This document shows positions 37,106 to 52,036 of a stretch of DNA of 64,000 nt, piece by piece. Numbering within the stretch: position 1 is the first letter of the stretch; every line of letters starts with the position of its first letter. The translations under genes were made by a program, and so were the position numbers. The stretch lies in the NCBI RefSeq assembly GCF_009914755.1, contig NC_060926.1; one strand, given 5' to 3'. The notes beneath the pieces are model-generated. The model worked only from the letters and a program-made list of their open reading frames with translations, was not told the origin of the DNA and ran no database searches. This DNA is from the human T2T-CHM13v2.0 reference genome, Homo sapiens.

Positions 37106-39620
37106 TGCTATGGTTTGGATGTGGTTTGTTGCCACCAAATCTCACAATTTGATTACCAGCATGGTGGTGTTGGGAGATGTTTGGGTCATGGGGCTGGATC
37201 CCTCATGAATGGCTTGGTGCTGTTCCCATAGTAGTGAGAGTTATTGCTCTCATGAGACTGGATTAGTTCTCGTGGAAATGGATTAGTTCCCATAAGAGTG
37301 GGTTGTTATAAGGCAAGTTGCCCTTGGGTTTTGCCCCTTTGCACATGTCCACTTCCTCTTTGACCTTCCACCATGTTATGATGCAGCACAAACAACCCCA
37401 CTGGAAGCTGAGCAGATGCTGGCACCATGCTTCTTGTACTTCTCAGCCTGCAGAACAATCAACTAAATGAACCTCTTTTATTTATAAATTACCCAGCCTT
37501 GGGTATTTATTCAATTACAGTAACACAAAATGGACCAACACAGAAAATTGGTACCGAAGAGTGGGATTTGCTCTGTGGATACCTGAAAATGTGAAATCTG
37601 CTTTGGAATTGTGTAATGGGCAATGGTTGAAAGAATTTGGAGGAGGAGCAGGCTAGAAAGAGACTGTATTGCAGTGAACAGAGCATTAAGGGCAGTTCTG
37701 GTGAGGGCTTAGAAAAAGACAAAAAGATGAGGGAAAGTTTGGAACTTTTTTGAGATTGTTTAAGTAATGTGACCAAAATGCTGATAGAAATATGGATAGT
37801 AAAAGCCGTGCTGATGAGGTCTCAGATGGAAATGAAGAATACCTTATCGAAAATTGAAGTAAAGCCCATCCTTGTTACACAGTTGCAAAGAAATTGGCTG
37901 CAGTATGTCTACTCCCTAGGGATTTTTGGAAGGTAGCACTTAAGAGTGATGAACTAGTGTATCTGGTGCAAGAAATTTCTAAGCAGCAAAGCACTCAAGA
38001 AGTGATGTGGTTACTTTTAATAGCTTATGCTCAGTTATGGCACCGCAAAGTAATAATCTAAATGCAAAATTTATAATTAAAAGGGAAGCAGAATGTAAAC
38101 ACTTGAAAAATGTGCAACCCAACCATGTGAAATGAAAGAGTGTTTTCAGGAGAATAATTCAAGGGTACAGTCAAGAGACTACTTGCTAAAAAGATTAGTA
38201 TGCATATAAGGGAGTCAAGTACTGTGCATCAGGATATTGGGAAAAAGGCCCAGAGGCCTAAGAGGGCAGAATGGTTTTGAGGGACAAGCCTGGGTGTTTT
38301 CTGTGAAATTGCTGCCCACGGCCACTTCACGCTGCTGCTCTTGCATCCTGGTGACTTAAGCAGCTCCAGGTGTTACTTGTGCTGCCACTCCAGAGATCCC
38401 AAGCTGTAAGCTTTGGCATCATCCACATCCAAATGGTGCTAATTTTGTAGGCATGCAGAATACAAGAGTGATGGAGGCATGGCAGCTCCCACCTAGATTT
38501 CAGAAGATGTATCAGAAAGCCTGGAGCCCGGGGAGACTTGTCAAAGGGGCAGAGCCACTGTAGAGAGCCTCTACTAAAGCAATGCTGAGCAGAAATGTAT
38601 GACCAAAGCAGCCATAAAGAGTCCCTACCAGGGAAGTAGGAATCGAGGGAATAGGGCTACCTTTGGGACCCCAAGATTGTAGAGCCATTGACAATGTGCA
38701 ATGTCTGCCTGGAAAAGCTATGGGCATTTGACTTCAACTGTGAGAACAGCCATGTGTGCTACACCCAGTGAAGCAAGTGGGACAGGGCTTCCCAAGGCTC
38801 TGGGAACCCACCCCTCACATCAGTGTGCCCAGGAGATGGCACATGGTGTGAAAGATTATGCAGGAGCCTTAAAATTTAATGTCTGCCCTGCTGGGTTTCA
38901 GACTGGCATGGGGTCTGTCATTCCTTTCTTTTGGCCTATATCTGCCTTTTCAAGTGGGGATGTTTACCAAATGTCTGTCCCACCAGTGCATCTTGAAAAT
39001 AAATAACTTATTTTTAATTTTACAGGCTTACAGCTGGAAGGAACTTGCTATGAGTCTTAGATGAGACTTTGGACTTTTGTTGCTGGAGCAAGTTAAGACT
39101 TTTGGGACTACTGGAATGGAATGATTGTATTTTGTATATGAGAAGCACATGATTTTTTTGAGGCTAGGGGCAGAATGCTATATTTGCATATGTTCATCAC
39201 CATCAAAACTCATGTTGAAATGTTATTTTCAGTGCCGCAGTATAGGGAAATGGAGCCTAGGGGAGCTGTTTGGGTCAAGGGAATGGATCCATTATGAATG
39301 ACTTGGTGCTGTTCTCGCAGTAGTGAGCTCTTGCTCTCATGAGACTGGATTATTCTCATGGAAATGGATTAGTTCCCATGAGAGTGGGTTGTTATAAAGC
39401 AAGATGCTCTTGGGTTTTGCCCCTTTGCACATGTCTGCTTCCCCTTTGACCTTCTGCCATGTTATGATGCAGCACAAAAGCCCTCACCAGAAGCCAAGCT
39501 GATGCTGGCACCGTGCTTCTTGTACTTCCCAGCCTGCAGAACCATGAGCTAAATAAACCTTTCTTATAAATTATCCAGTCTGATGTATTATGCTATAGCA
39601 ACACAAAATAGACTAAGACG
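37106..39620 (+). mobile_element. Full-length MaLR provirus, MST family (MSTB-like): 5'LTR 37106-37542, internal 37543-39175, 3'LTR 39176-39620
   Basis: Two homologous LTRs (tgcta...ggattagttccc...gggttgttataa...cagcctgcagaac...gactaagac) and an internal region starting gaaaattggtacc. ORF 38701-39006 is a MaLR-int ORF relic (GLPKALG.HP.HQCA...FWPIS). The 5-bp TSD reads ggtat/ggtgt. Confidence 0.9.
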
Positions 39621-40378
39621 GGTGTTATTATCCAAATTAATTTATTAGGCAGAACACAATCACATGATTTATACAAAGGAATTAGCAGAGAAGACACAGT
39701 TTTCGGTACTACCGTTGAAAAATTTGTTCCTCAGAGTTGGAGTGTGCTGTGGGATACACTAATGGGGATGTTACACAGATTATTTTAGCATGTTTTACTG
39801 CTTTCACTTCTAAGAGGTAAGCGACATTGAAGTATCATGTCTTTCCTCCAGACTGGAACCTTTCATGGTCAGAGATATCCTGTTAATGCCTGTTTTTATT
39901 TCTGCAATAAAGCCATGAAAGTAATAAATTGGATGGGAAGGATCTTTGAGGCCAATGGTCAAAATATAAGATTTCCAAAAGAAAAATGTCATCAGCCTGT
40001 AGGAACACATGTTCTGGCTTGCAAAGCCTTCAAACTATTTGTTCCATGGCATCAGACAACCTTTGATGGCTAGCCATCCAGTTGTCTGAAATGACACAGG
40101 TTTTCATTTGACTGTTGCGTAAGATTTTATAGGCCTGGTCAGATTTATCTTTAAGTCCTGAGCAGCGGCAATATGCAAAATTGTCCTATTGCTTTATGCT
40201 TTAAATTTTCTTGCTAAGATTAATGCAGTGTATACAATTAGCTTTCCTTAGACCACACCAGCCTTATGAATAATTAAGAACTGGATGACAATTGCCATGG
40301 TATTTGAGCAGCAACCTAACTACTGCACTTGTTTTTTGAGGCTTTTTCTGTGGAGAGTTATGGAACACGTTTCCTGGG

Positions 40379-40631
40379 TGTGTTAGACCATTCTTGCTCT
40401 CATGGCTAAAGTGGTAGCAAGGGAGAGAGGGAAGAAATGCCACATGCTTTTAAACAACCAGATCTTGCAGGAACTCAGAGTGGGAACTCACTCATCAGCA
40501 AGGGGATGGCACTAAGCCATTCATGAGGGATCCACCCCATGATCCAAACGCCTCTCACCAAGCTCACCTCCAACACTGGGGATTATATTTTCACATGAGA
40601 TTTGGAGGGGACAAACATTCAAACCATATCA
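40379..40631 (-). mobile_element. Internally deleted MSTA-like solo LTR
   Basis: Both termini present (tgtgttag...aaaccatatca) with a perfect TSD ctggg; only 253 bp long. Confidence 0.8.
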
Positions 40632-41217
40632 CTGGGTCTGTGCTGGTGGACTAAGAGACCAACCTAGAAAACAAGCCTGGCCTTTAAGCCACCTGCTGTC
40701 TTACTCCCCACATTCAATGGCTCAAGTTCTAACAATTCTGCCTGTGAACTAACTGAACTCTGTATACTTCTGTCCAGTCTCTACCACCACTGCTCTGGTT
40801 TCTGCCACCACCATCTCTCTCTTGGATACGGCAGTAAGCCTTCTTGCAGAATAAATGGTTTCCCTTCATCTCTTCCAGGAATGCTTCCAAAGATTACAAG
40901 GTACTTTATCTCCCTTCTTTGTTCAGGATTTTACTTTGGGGACCTCATTAAGCCTTTAAATGCACTTTACCATTTCTCCCAGGAAATCATGGGATCGTTG
41001 TACAAAATAGACCTCCCAGTGGTTTGTCTTTCTGTGCTAGTGTTTCTGTCTCAGGTGTGGAGTGCTGTTGCTCTCACCCCAGTGACTCTTGCAGCCTGAG
41101 TGTATAGGAATGTCTTAGGACTGAGACTTCAAATGATTTTGGAAGAAATGGTTTCTATAAATGGTATTAGAAGTTGAGGGTGATATAGAGAACTTAAATT
41201 GATTTAGTGACTTTCTT

Positions 41218-41513
<296 letters not shown>

Positions 41514-41623
41514 GTGACTTTCTTCTAGTGAAGAATTTAATAACGTTATTTTGCTTTATAAGCACATCAAGTACTTTTCTTACCTCTGGATCTCTGTGCC
41601 TTTGGAGGACTTTTTAGAGATGG

Positions 41624-42291
<668 letters not shown>

Positions 42292-42807
42292 GTTTTGTCT
42301 TTCTCTGGCCTCAGCAAATGAAACCATGAAGACCTTTCATTCCATCTGTAAAGAACCTATACAAACAAAAAAACAAAGAAATAAACAAAAAATTGATCAA
42401 GACATGAAAATGTCCTCAGGTAGCAGAGTGTGTTTCAAGATGCCATTTCAATATAAAATCATCTGAAGTGAGATCCCTGTTCTGCCATCAACAACAGTGT
42501 AGCCATGAAAAAGTTCTTAACCTCATTGAAACACAGTTTTCTTATTGGTAAAACAGGAACAAAAAACGTCTGTGTAAATTTATTACAAGAGTTCAAGATA
42601 ATACAAAGCATCTGGCCTAGAGCAGATATGTAATACATTTGAACTATTAGTTTTACATAAAGGGAGCTATTGTGGTTCCTTGGGATTCTTATCAGACTAT
42701 TTTAGGCTTAAACGACTGTGGGCCAAAATTATTAAGTTAAACATCTGCCATCCAGGAGTAGATGTTCTCCTTCCACTTGATATTACATTCCTAAGAATGT
42801 CTGATAA

Positions 42808-43202
<395 letters not shown>

Positions 43203-43430
43203 TCAAGTTAAATAGTTTATTTTGTTCATTAAACAAATTAGTAAGTAATTTCTCCACTCAAGGCATCATGAAGGATCCAGAACTTTCAAGAAAATTACAG
43301 CCCAGAGGAGATACTACAGCTACATTAAAAAAAATTGTAATCCAGGCAATGTGGACAGTGCCTTAAAAGTGATACAACATGACACAGAGGTTCAGTGTTA
43401 TAGTAAAAACAAACCCTGGTTTGGCTGGAG

Positions 43431-45165
43431 CAGCAGTTTGCAACCGTATCAGATACCTTGCCCCTCCTTTTAAAACAAATATTTTCTAAGGCCCTCTTTA
43501 CTATTTTGAATTGAAATTCATATGTAATATATAATATTTACACATATAATTTCTTCTTTTTCTTTTTTAAATCTCAGGTGCATGAACTGATTAATCATAA
43601 TCTTTAGTCATTGACACACTTTCATTATTGATCCATGCATAGCTCTCTCCTAGTCTTCTCTTTGTTTAGTTTTAATAATGTAATAATCAGCAGCGAAGCC
43701 ACCACCCAGCATAAAAGACAAGACCTTTACTATGACCTACATTTGACTCTCAAGATACCTCCCAAACCATCCTCCATCTCTTTTATCCTAGGTAACCATC
43801 ACCCTAAATCTATTGTTTTCATTGTCTTGCTTCCCTTTTTATATCGTTTCATTGTATCTATGTGGATTTCTTGGACATATTTTTATTTTAGTTGTTTTAG
43901 CTTTATGAAAAGGGTCCACATGGCATATACCCTTTTAATGTTATTCATCCATATTATCGCATATGTCATTGTGGAGATTCACTGGTTTCAACAACCGTAT
44001 TACATACCATTGTGTGAATTTGGCATGGTTTACTTGCCCACTCTCCTGTTGATGGGCATTTTGATTGTTTCTGAGTTTTTGCTGTTTTGAAAAGTACAAC
44101 TATGGACATTTTTATATATGCCTCTTTGTGTACACATCCAAGAGTTTTTCTTATATATATACCCAGAAGTGGAATTGTGTCAGTAGACTATTTGAATGTT
44201 TAATGTTATCACATAAAGCCAAACTGTTTTCCACAATTGTTGCCCTAATTTACCTTCCCACTCACAGTGTATAAAATATTCTGTAAATATACATCCTCTT
44301 TAACACCTGCTATTGTCATAATTTTTGTTTATTGGCCATATAGACTCTCTTTTGTAAAGATCTTGTTGTCTTTTGCTCATTTTTCTGTTGGATTGTTAGT
44401 GCTTTTCTTATTGATTTGTAAGAGTTCTTTATGTAGTCATTATACTAGTTCTTTATCAGTTATGTGAATTGCAAACATCTGGTTTGTAACTTTTCACTTA
44501 TATTTAGGGTAAAGTAGTTAATTTTATTAATCTTTTATAGTAAATAATTTTTATGTATTGTTTTAAAAACCTTTTAATCTAAATTGTATTCTTTTTTTAC
44601 AGTTTTGTTTCTGCATTTAAATTTTTAACCCATCTGGACTTGAGTTTTCTATATGATGTGAGGTTGAGATTCATTTTAATTTTTTTTCCAAATAACCTTT
44701 TTTTTCTCAGCTCCATTTATTGAACAGTCTTTTAGTCTACCTCAATTTAACATACCACCTCTGTCAAATACAAAGTTCCCTATAAGCATAGGTCTGTTTC
44801 TAGGCTCTCTCTTCTATTCCACTGATAAATTTTATCAAATTCTGGACCAATGCCACATTGTCTTAATCTCCATAGGCCCATCATAAATCCTAATATCTGG
44901 TGGGGTGGATACCATCTCTGTACTTTCCTTTTTCAGAGGTAAATTGTTGTGCCAATTCTTGGTTCTTACTTTTCCTTACATGGCTAATTTTAAAAATCAA
45001 CATAATGCCCCTACTATAATATGAATAATAAAAGGAAAATGATTTACAGTAAAATAGTGTGTAGTTTAATGTATATAACGCTAGGTCATGACAGCAGCAG
45101 AAAAACATCTCCACAAATATTCAAAATGCCCCCTAAGAGTAGTGCAGCTCCCATTGAGAACTGTC
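43431..45165 (+). mobile_element. hAT-Charlie (MER113-like) DNA transposon split by an L1
   Basis: The left piece 43431-~43552 (tatcaga...acaaatatttt...ctttactatt..gaaattcata...cacatataatt) continues at ~44990 (aaaaatcaacataatgccc..actataata...ttgagaactg). Confidence 0.55.
43553..44990 (-). mobile_element. Old L1ME-like fragment
   Basis: Antisense L1 motifs (ctcctgttgatgggcattt; atacccagaagtggaattg; ttttgctcatttttctgttggatt; gtctgtttctaggctctctcttctattcc). Confidence 0.75.
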
Positions 45166-45258
45166 AGCAAAGAGAACCAAGGGACACTGTAGAGAAGATA
45201 GCATTATCACTTGAGCCTTAAAGGCTGGGTGGAATTTGTAGGAAGTTCATCCTGATGA

Positions 45259-45576
<318 letters not shown>

Positions 45577-46501
45577 CTTTTTTTTAGGTTTTTGTTTGTG
45601 GGGAGCTGGTGCAGACCAAGGCGTGTTAATACCTATATCACAACCCCTTAGACTAGTGTAGTCCAACACACAGCTCCACCCACCTGCTTTCTTTTGGGCA
45701 AATCATCTAGAGACTAAATTAAGTTCTGAGAACATAAACCAATAAACCAAAGCTATAAATCCAGCTTTAATAAAAATGAAACAGGTTTTCTACATTCACT
45801 TTAAGCTGTAACTTTATTAAGTACCTTTACATTGTATTTTATTAAGCATGTTTGTAATAACTTTTTTTTCAATTGACAAGTATTTCCTATTGTTTCATTT
45901 TGCCTCTGTGAACAGCTTAGATCTTTTAAAAAATAAAATTTGGACATTTTAAAAGCATGGTTGTGATTGCTTGAAAAAGCCAGCTAGTAGGAAAGTGGGG
46001 AAAGGGCCCCGACTTCATTATATGATGACTAGGCCGGCCTAGTGGAGAATTTTATTCTTTCTTAGGTGGTAGTCCCCAGGCTGCCCTTCACTCTGTTGAC
46101 TCCATGGGTAGGGGCTGGGAGGAAGGGAGCTATTCATTTGTCCATCTAGTAATCAGTTTCTCTATAAATCTAAATGTCTACAATTCCCTTTAGATAGAAT
46201 AGCAAGATAGAATAGCTAGTTTTTTAGACAATCAGTAAGACAAGAGTGTTAGGACCTTCTTGAAGGTCTCAAAGCTATTTCTGATGTTGGAGGAGGATGT
46301 TCACATTACATGTTTCATAGTGTAAAAAACCACGTCACTCATGTAAGTTTGTAAAAGGCTTTGAGCCTGATTCTAATTACAGTACCTCTGAAAATTTGCA
46401 ATATTATTTAAACCAGATATTTTCTGTACCCAAGTCATGCTCTCCTATGATATTTAAATTAAGATTTTTTATTGCTAATATATTCCAGCATTCCTCCACC
46501 A

Positions 46502-46681
46502 TAGGGTTGCCAGATTTTGCAAATAAAACTACAGGACATCAGTATAAGTAGGATATGTATATTTTGTATACTTATTTGTATACATCAGTAGAATAAGTAT
46601 ATAAGTATATTAAAAAATCATTTGTTGTTTATCCGAAGTCCAAATTTAATTGGGCATGCTGGATTTTATCTGGAAACCCTA
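46502..46681. mobile_element. MER53-like palindromic hAT MITE
   Basis: Terminal inverted repeats tagggttgccagat...atctggaaacccta; internal ttgttgtttatccgaagtccaaatttaattggg matches recalled MER53. Confidence 0.75.
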
Positions 46682-47059
46682 CCCCACCCCAATATTTCAT
46701 ACTCGGATTTCTCACTTCTACTGAACTCTTGATTTCTCATGAATCTCACTTTTCATGGCATATCCCCTCTTTAGTCATTATAACTATACAAATATGAAAG
46801 TTGCCCCTTTTCCTTACTTTCTCCCCAACACCATTGCCACCAGACGCTAAGTAGGAATAACACTAAGGAAGGGAGTGTATTTAAGCATAGTCACATTAAA
46901 GAACAGCCATAAAAACCCACATCTCTTATCCCAGTTACAATATGTAGCTACATGTAAACCAAACTTCAGTATATTTAGGTGTCTATATATGTAACACATT
47001 TTGATGTATTAAACTAATTAATAATTATATGCATTGGTTAATAATGATCTTCATTACTT

Positions 47060-47363
<304 letters not shown>

Positions 47364-48174
47364 CATTACTTTTAAACCTATACCTTGGCATTTTCTTTAA
47401 ATGGATTTGATGATTTTATTAAATATATTTAACTCAACTTCTTTTAATATAAGACTGGTATCCATGGCAGAATAAGCAACTTTATACTGAAAAGATTAGA
47501 TATTTCTGTTCTTAGAAAGTCCACATGTCTTATCCTGCACTGGAAATTTCTCACTCACTTTCTCTTCTCCTTCTGTCACAGACTGCCCCCTCTCTTGCTG
47601 GTCCATCTCTTCTCATCACCTCTTCTCATCTCTCCTAGTTTGCCTCCATCCCCGGGCCCCCTCTTCCTCCAGCACTGCTCTTAGAAACTCAAAAATTCTT
47701 CTCGCTTTATAAACCTTCTTATCTCATCCAGCCCAGGCCCTAAGGATCATCTTACTATAGCCAAAGTGGCTTATCAAAATGTTTTGGTAAACAAGTCTCC
47801 ACCAGGTAAATTCTGCTACTAGCTCCTAAAACAATGTTTACCTCCCTGCTACTGTTACCAAAGGGGAGAGAAACATGGGGATCAAAAACGCCAGTTTAAC
47901 CAGGAGGATGAAGAGTGGAGCGACCCTCCCTGGTCCTTGAATTAATTTCAAGCCACTGTGGAAAGAGGGGTGAAGATCAGAAGCTGGTGGAACTGCTCAA
48001 GAGAAACTTCGTTGGGCCTGGGTGGAGATGCCTCAGTCAGGTAAACAGACAAGGGTCTGTGGGGAGGTGGGGGGGCGGGCAGGAGGAGGCCTCTTCCCAC
48101 CTTTCCTGACTTCCTTCTGGTAGCTGGAACAGGAGAGACCTGGTTGGCACTCAGGAACAGATACTGGCATTCTT

Positions 48175-48580
<406 letters not shown>

Positions 48581-51029
48581 TAGTTTGTGGAACACTGTGA
48601 GGCTGCCTTTTGGGCCCCCCAGGAATAGCAAGGGGAGACTCTGACAAAAGAGTCAAAAGTGACAGAAGAGAGGTCAACAGAGAGCTCACACATAGTTATT
48701 TGGTCTATGGAGGAAACATTAATTAGCTAGACCTGGAAGGATTACTCAGTAGGCAGCCTCCTTTGAAGAAGTAGCAACTGCAATGTGAAGAGAAGTGCAT
48801 CCATGTATGATTTTTTTTAGTATTGTTTTTACTAGCTAATGCAACGTAAAGACAGTGGCTTCCTGTCAAGGAAATGGTTGCAGTGTTTCTAGTAGATGAC
48901 AGATTTCTCTCCTTTGGCTTTTAAAAGATAGGTTATGAATGTTGGTAGCTCTCAGATGAGAACACTTGAGAGACTATGAGGATCAGACTAAGCCATTGGG
49001 ACAGTGGCCCAGAGCTGTGTCAGTTCATTCCACCCTCATGGAATCTAAGACTCCCACCTTTTTATTGCCCTCAGAGATAGGTCTTTAAAAACACACCCCC
49101 AAAAGAAGAAAAACAAGCAAGCGAACAAATTGAACCATCAACAGTACAGAAAAAGCAAAATGGAAACCAAGACCTGCATTCATTACAGCCCGTCGGGGTG
49201 ACTCCAACCCTTTAGCTTAGAACCCACCGAGGTATGTGGAGGTAAAAGCTGCCAGCTCCCGGTGGCCACATGAGAAGCAAATCCATTTGGCGGGTGGACA
49301 TTTTTAAAGCCTGCCACATATGTTAGCTATTTTTATGGCAATTAAATTGTTGAGGGATCTGTGCAATAAAACCTTTCACAATAAACCATGTGGAAAATCA
49401 TCTAATCCAACCCCTGGAGGTCAAAAGCCACAGCAACATGTTGCTTTATACCATGAAGAAGAATGAAGACTCTTTAGACAGCTTGCTTTTCCTCTTTTCT
49501 TTATAGACTGGTGCTCCAGATTTGGTGTGGAAGGTAAATTGTGTGAAATGGCAGCAGCAGGGCTGAGGGTGGGGGAACCTGTCTTGCCAATTTGAACCTA
49601 GGGAGTGCTCTGCCAGTGACTTCCAAAGCAGTGTCATTTCTGTGCTACCCTTTGCCACGTTGGGAAGTAGATACCCAAATTAAGGAATATAGGGAAGGGG
49701 AAGTGGAAGGAGAATAGTTACTTGATGCTTTTCGCCAGGACAGGGAAGTAAGGGACATCAGTCAAAACAGGATTTCACTGTGAAAGGGCATGGGGTTTGG
49801 GAGGTCTGAAAGAGATGTTATGATCCTATATATTGAGATATATGCATGGAACACGCAGCTTTCAGAACACTGGGGAACCCTTTCATTTTCTCCTGAGAAA
49901 ATGCAATGGTCTAAATGAAAATAAATGCTTATAAGACTTCTAGAACACATTCTTACTAATTTGTACTTTGAGGATTTAAGCATAAGTCATTTAGCTATAT
50001 GAGAGTCTAGAAAGTCATTATAGTTTCAAGAAAGTCTCCAGGCCAAAAACATTTGAAGTTTCTCATTAACCTCTAAAAAATGACTAGTTCAAGTTGTTTA
50101 CCTCTATTCGGAGTTCTTTCTGAAAACTTCTATCATTCAAATGTATTTATCTCCTAAATAGGCTTCTAATGAAGTCAGCATACTATTCAATGCTCTTTTC
50201 TCTTTCCTACCCAAATGTTTTAAAATTTGAGACTTAGGGCACATCTGAATAGCATGAGATGCGTGGACAGAACTGTTTAAATAGAAAGAATAGGGCTGAT
50301 ATTAACAATCAGAATACCCTCAGATCTCAAACGACTAAGAGACAGTGTCACTCTCATTCTTACTCTGTGATAGTCTAAATTCTGCCTGAGGAGTGACACA
50401 GGTATTCATGCCATGCTCGGTGACCTCACCTGTGGACCCAGGCCAATTCTGGATGGATGAAGGTGTGTGGACAGTGTTTTGACTCCTCTTTCTAAAACAT
50501 CTTTACAGTGCGGTTCATTTTATTGAAGGATGGTTTCTGATCAACAGAGCATGTGCAGATAAAACAACTGAGCAAGAGATTGAAATTTCACTTCTTGGTT
50601 GTTGAGTGTGGTCCCAGGGACCTGAACTATTCCATTCCCAGAACAAACCTCCACTATCATGGTTATGGCGGCACTTTCAGCCCAGTCTGAATCTTAGAGA
50701 GCATCTGGCATAAACCTCATATTTTAAAGGTGACAGAACTGAAGCTCACAGAGGCAGGGGTGACTTTGACATTCAACAAACTAGGGCGAGAACCAAGGTC
50801 ATCTGAATTCAAACCCCAGGTCTTTAAGTAAATAGTAAATAGTTGTGTTATTTGCTATTTATCTACTCTGGACTTGCGTCTTCTATAAAATGAGAGTATT
50901 GGGTGATTTAATATGGTTTTTCTCTTGGTCCCGACATTCCTCAGTTCTTTCCACTGTGCTGTATCTTTGATCTCATTCATTCATTCCATTCTGAGGAGGG
51001 TTGCTTGGAAGCAGGTGCTCATCAGGGAT

Positions 51030-51380
51030 CATATCTCTCAGTTTGCCCCCACTTCCCTCTCATCCCTTGCCTCTAGCTGGGGCCAGTTCTTAAAATGGGA
51101 TGTGACTGGCACAGAAGCATGCCACTTCCAGGCAGATGCAATTAGGAAGTAGGTGTGTCATCTTCATTCTTTCTTTCCCATTCTCTAACTGGAACAGAAG
51201 GACTCCAAGACCCTAGAGGATGGTGGAGCCATAGAATGAAAGGAACTAGAGTCCCAAATCACTCCATGGAAGACTGCCTGCCGAACAACTGCACTGGACT
51301 GTTATGTGCACCTGAAAATAACTTCTATGTCTTAATTTTTATTGTTGTTGTTAATTCTAATAGCATTACCTTGACTAATT
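51030..51380 (+). mobile_element. Old MLT1 (I/J/K-like) LTR
   Basis: gccacttccaggc...gatggtggagcca...gagtcccaaatcactccatgga...ggactgttatgtg...ttgactaat. Confidence 0.6.
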
Positions 51381-51645
51381 CAGTCAGGCAACAGGAACTT
51401 AAGTAAATGCTTACTATGTGCATGTTGTTATGCTGGGTAGTAGGCATCCATCAGCGAATAACACATCGTTTCTGCCATTAAGAAGTTCAACCTGGTAAGA
51501 GAAGACATACAGGTGTGCGGACAATTGCAATAGAGTATGGTAAGTACCATGGTAAATATGAGATGCTGTAAGAAAGAAACCATAGCCTTGGGTATTTCAG
51601 GGAAGACTCCCAGCAGAAGTTGTCTTTAAGTGAAGTACCAAACAA

Positions 51646-52036
51646 TGGTGGGATGACTGAATGTTTGTGTCCCCCACAAATTCATATGTTGAAGCCCAAC
51701 CCCACAATGTGATGGTGTTTGGAGATGGGGCCCTTTGGAAAGTAATTAGGGTTAGATGATGTCATGAGGAGGGTCCCTCATGTTGGGATTAAGGCCCTTA
51801 TAAGAAGAGGAAGATATTCTCTCTCTCTCTCCTCTCTCCTCTCTCCTCTCTCTCTGCCATGCGAGGACCCAGCAAGAAGGTACTCACCTGCAAGCCAGGA
51901 AGAGAGCCCTCACCAAAACCTCACCATCCTGGCACTCTAACCTCAGATTGCCAGCCTCTAGCACTGTGAGAAATAAATTCTGTTGTTTAAGCCATGCAGT
52001 CTATGGTATTTTGTTATGACAGCCTGAGCTAAGACA
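51646..52036 (+). mobile_element. MLT1A-like LTR within an L2 relic
   Basis: gactgaatgtttgtgtccccc...aattcatatgttgaagccc...cccttataagaagag...aataaattctgttgtttaagcca...gctaagaca. Confidence 0.85.

Noticed and set aside
38701-39006. 101-aa ORF as a novel gene
   Set aside because: Fragment of the decayed MaLR internal ORF.
43635-44090. 151-aa hydrophobic ORF
   Set aside because: T-rich antisense strand of an old L1, which commonly yields pseudo-membrane ORFs.
46330-46337. UPRE-like CCACGTCA
   Set aside because: An isolated 8-mer far from any promoter; expected by chance.
49432-49445. 14-bp perfect palindrome AGCAACATGTTGCT
   Set aside because: A few palindromes of this length are expected per 64 kb, and it is not a full p53 site.
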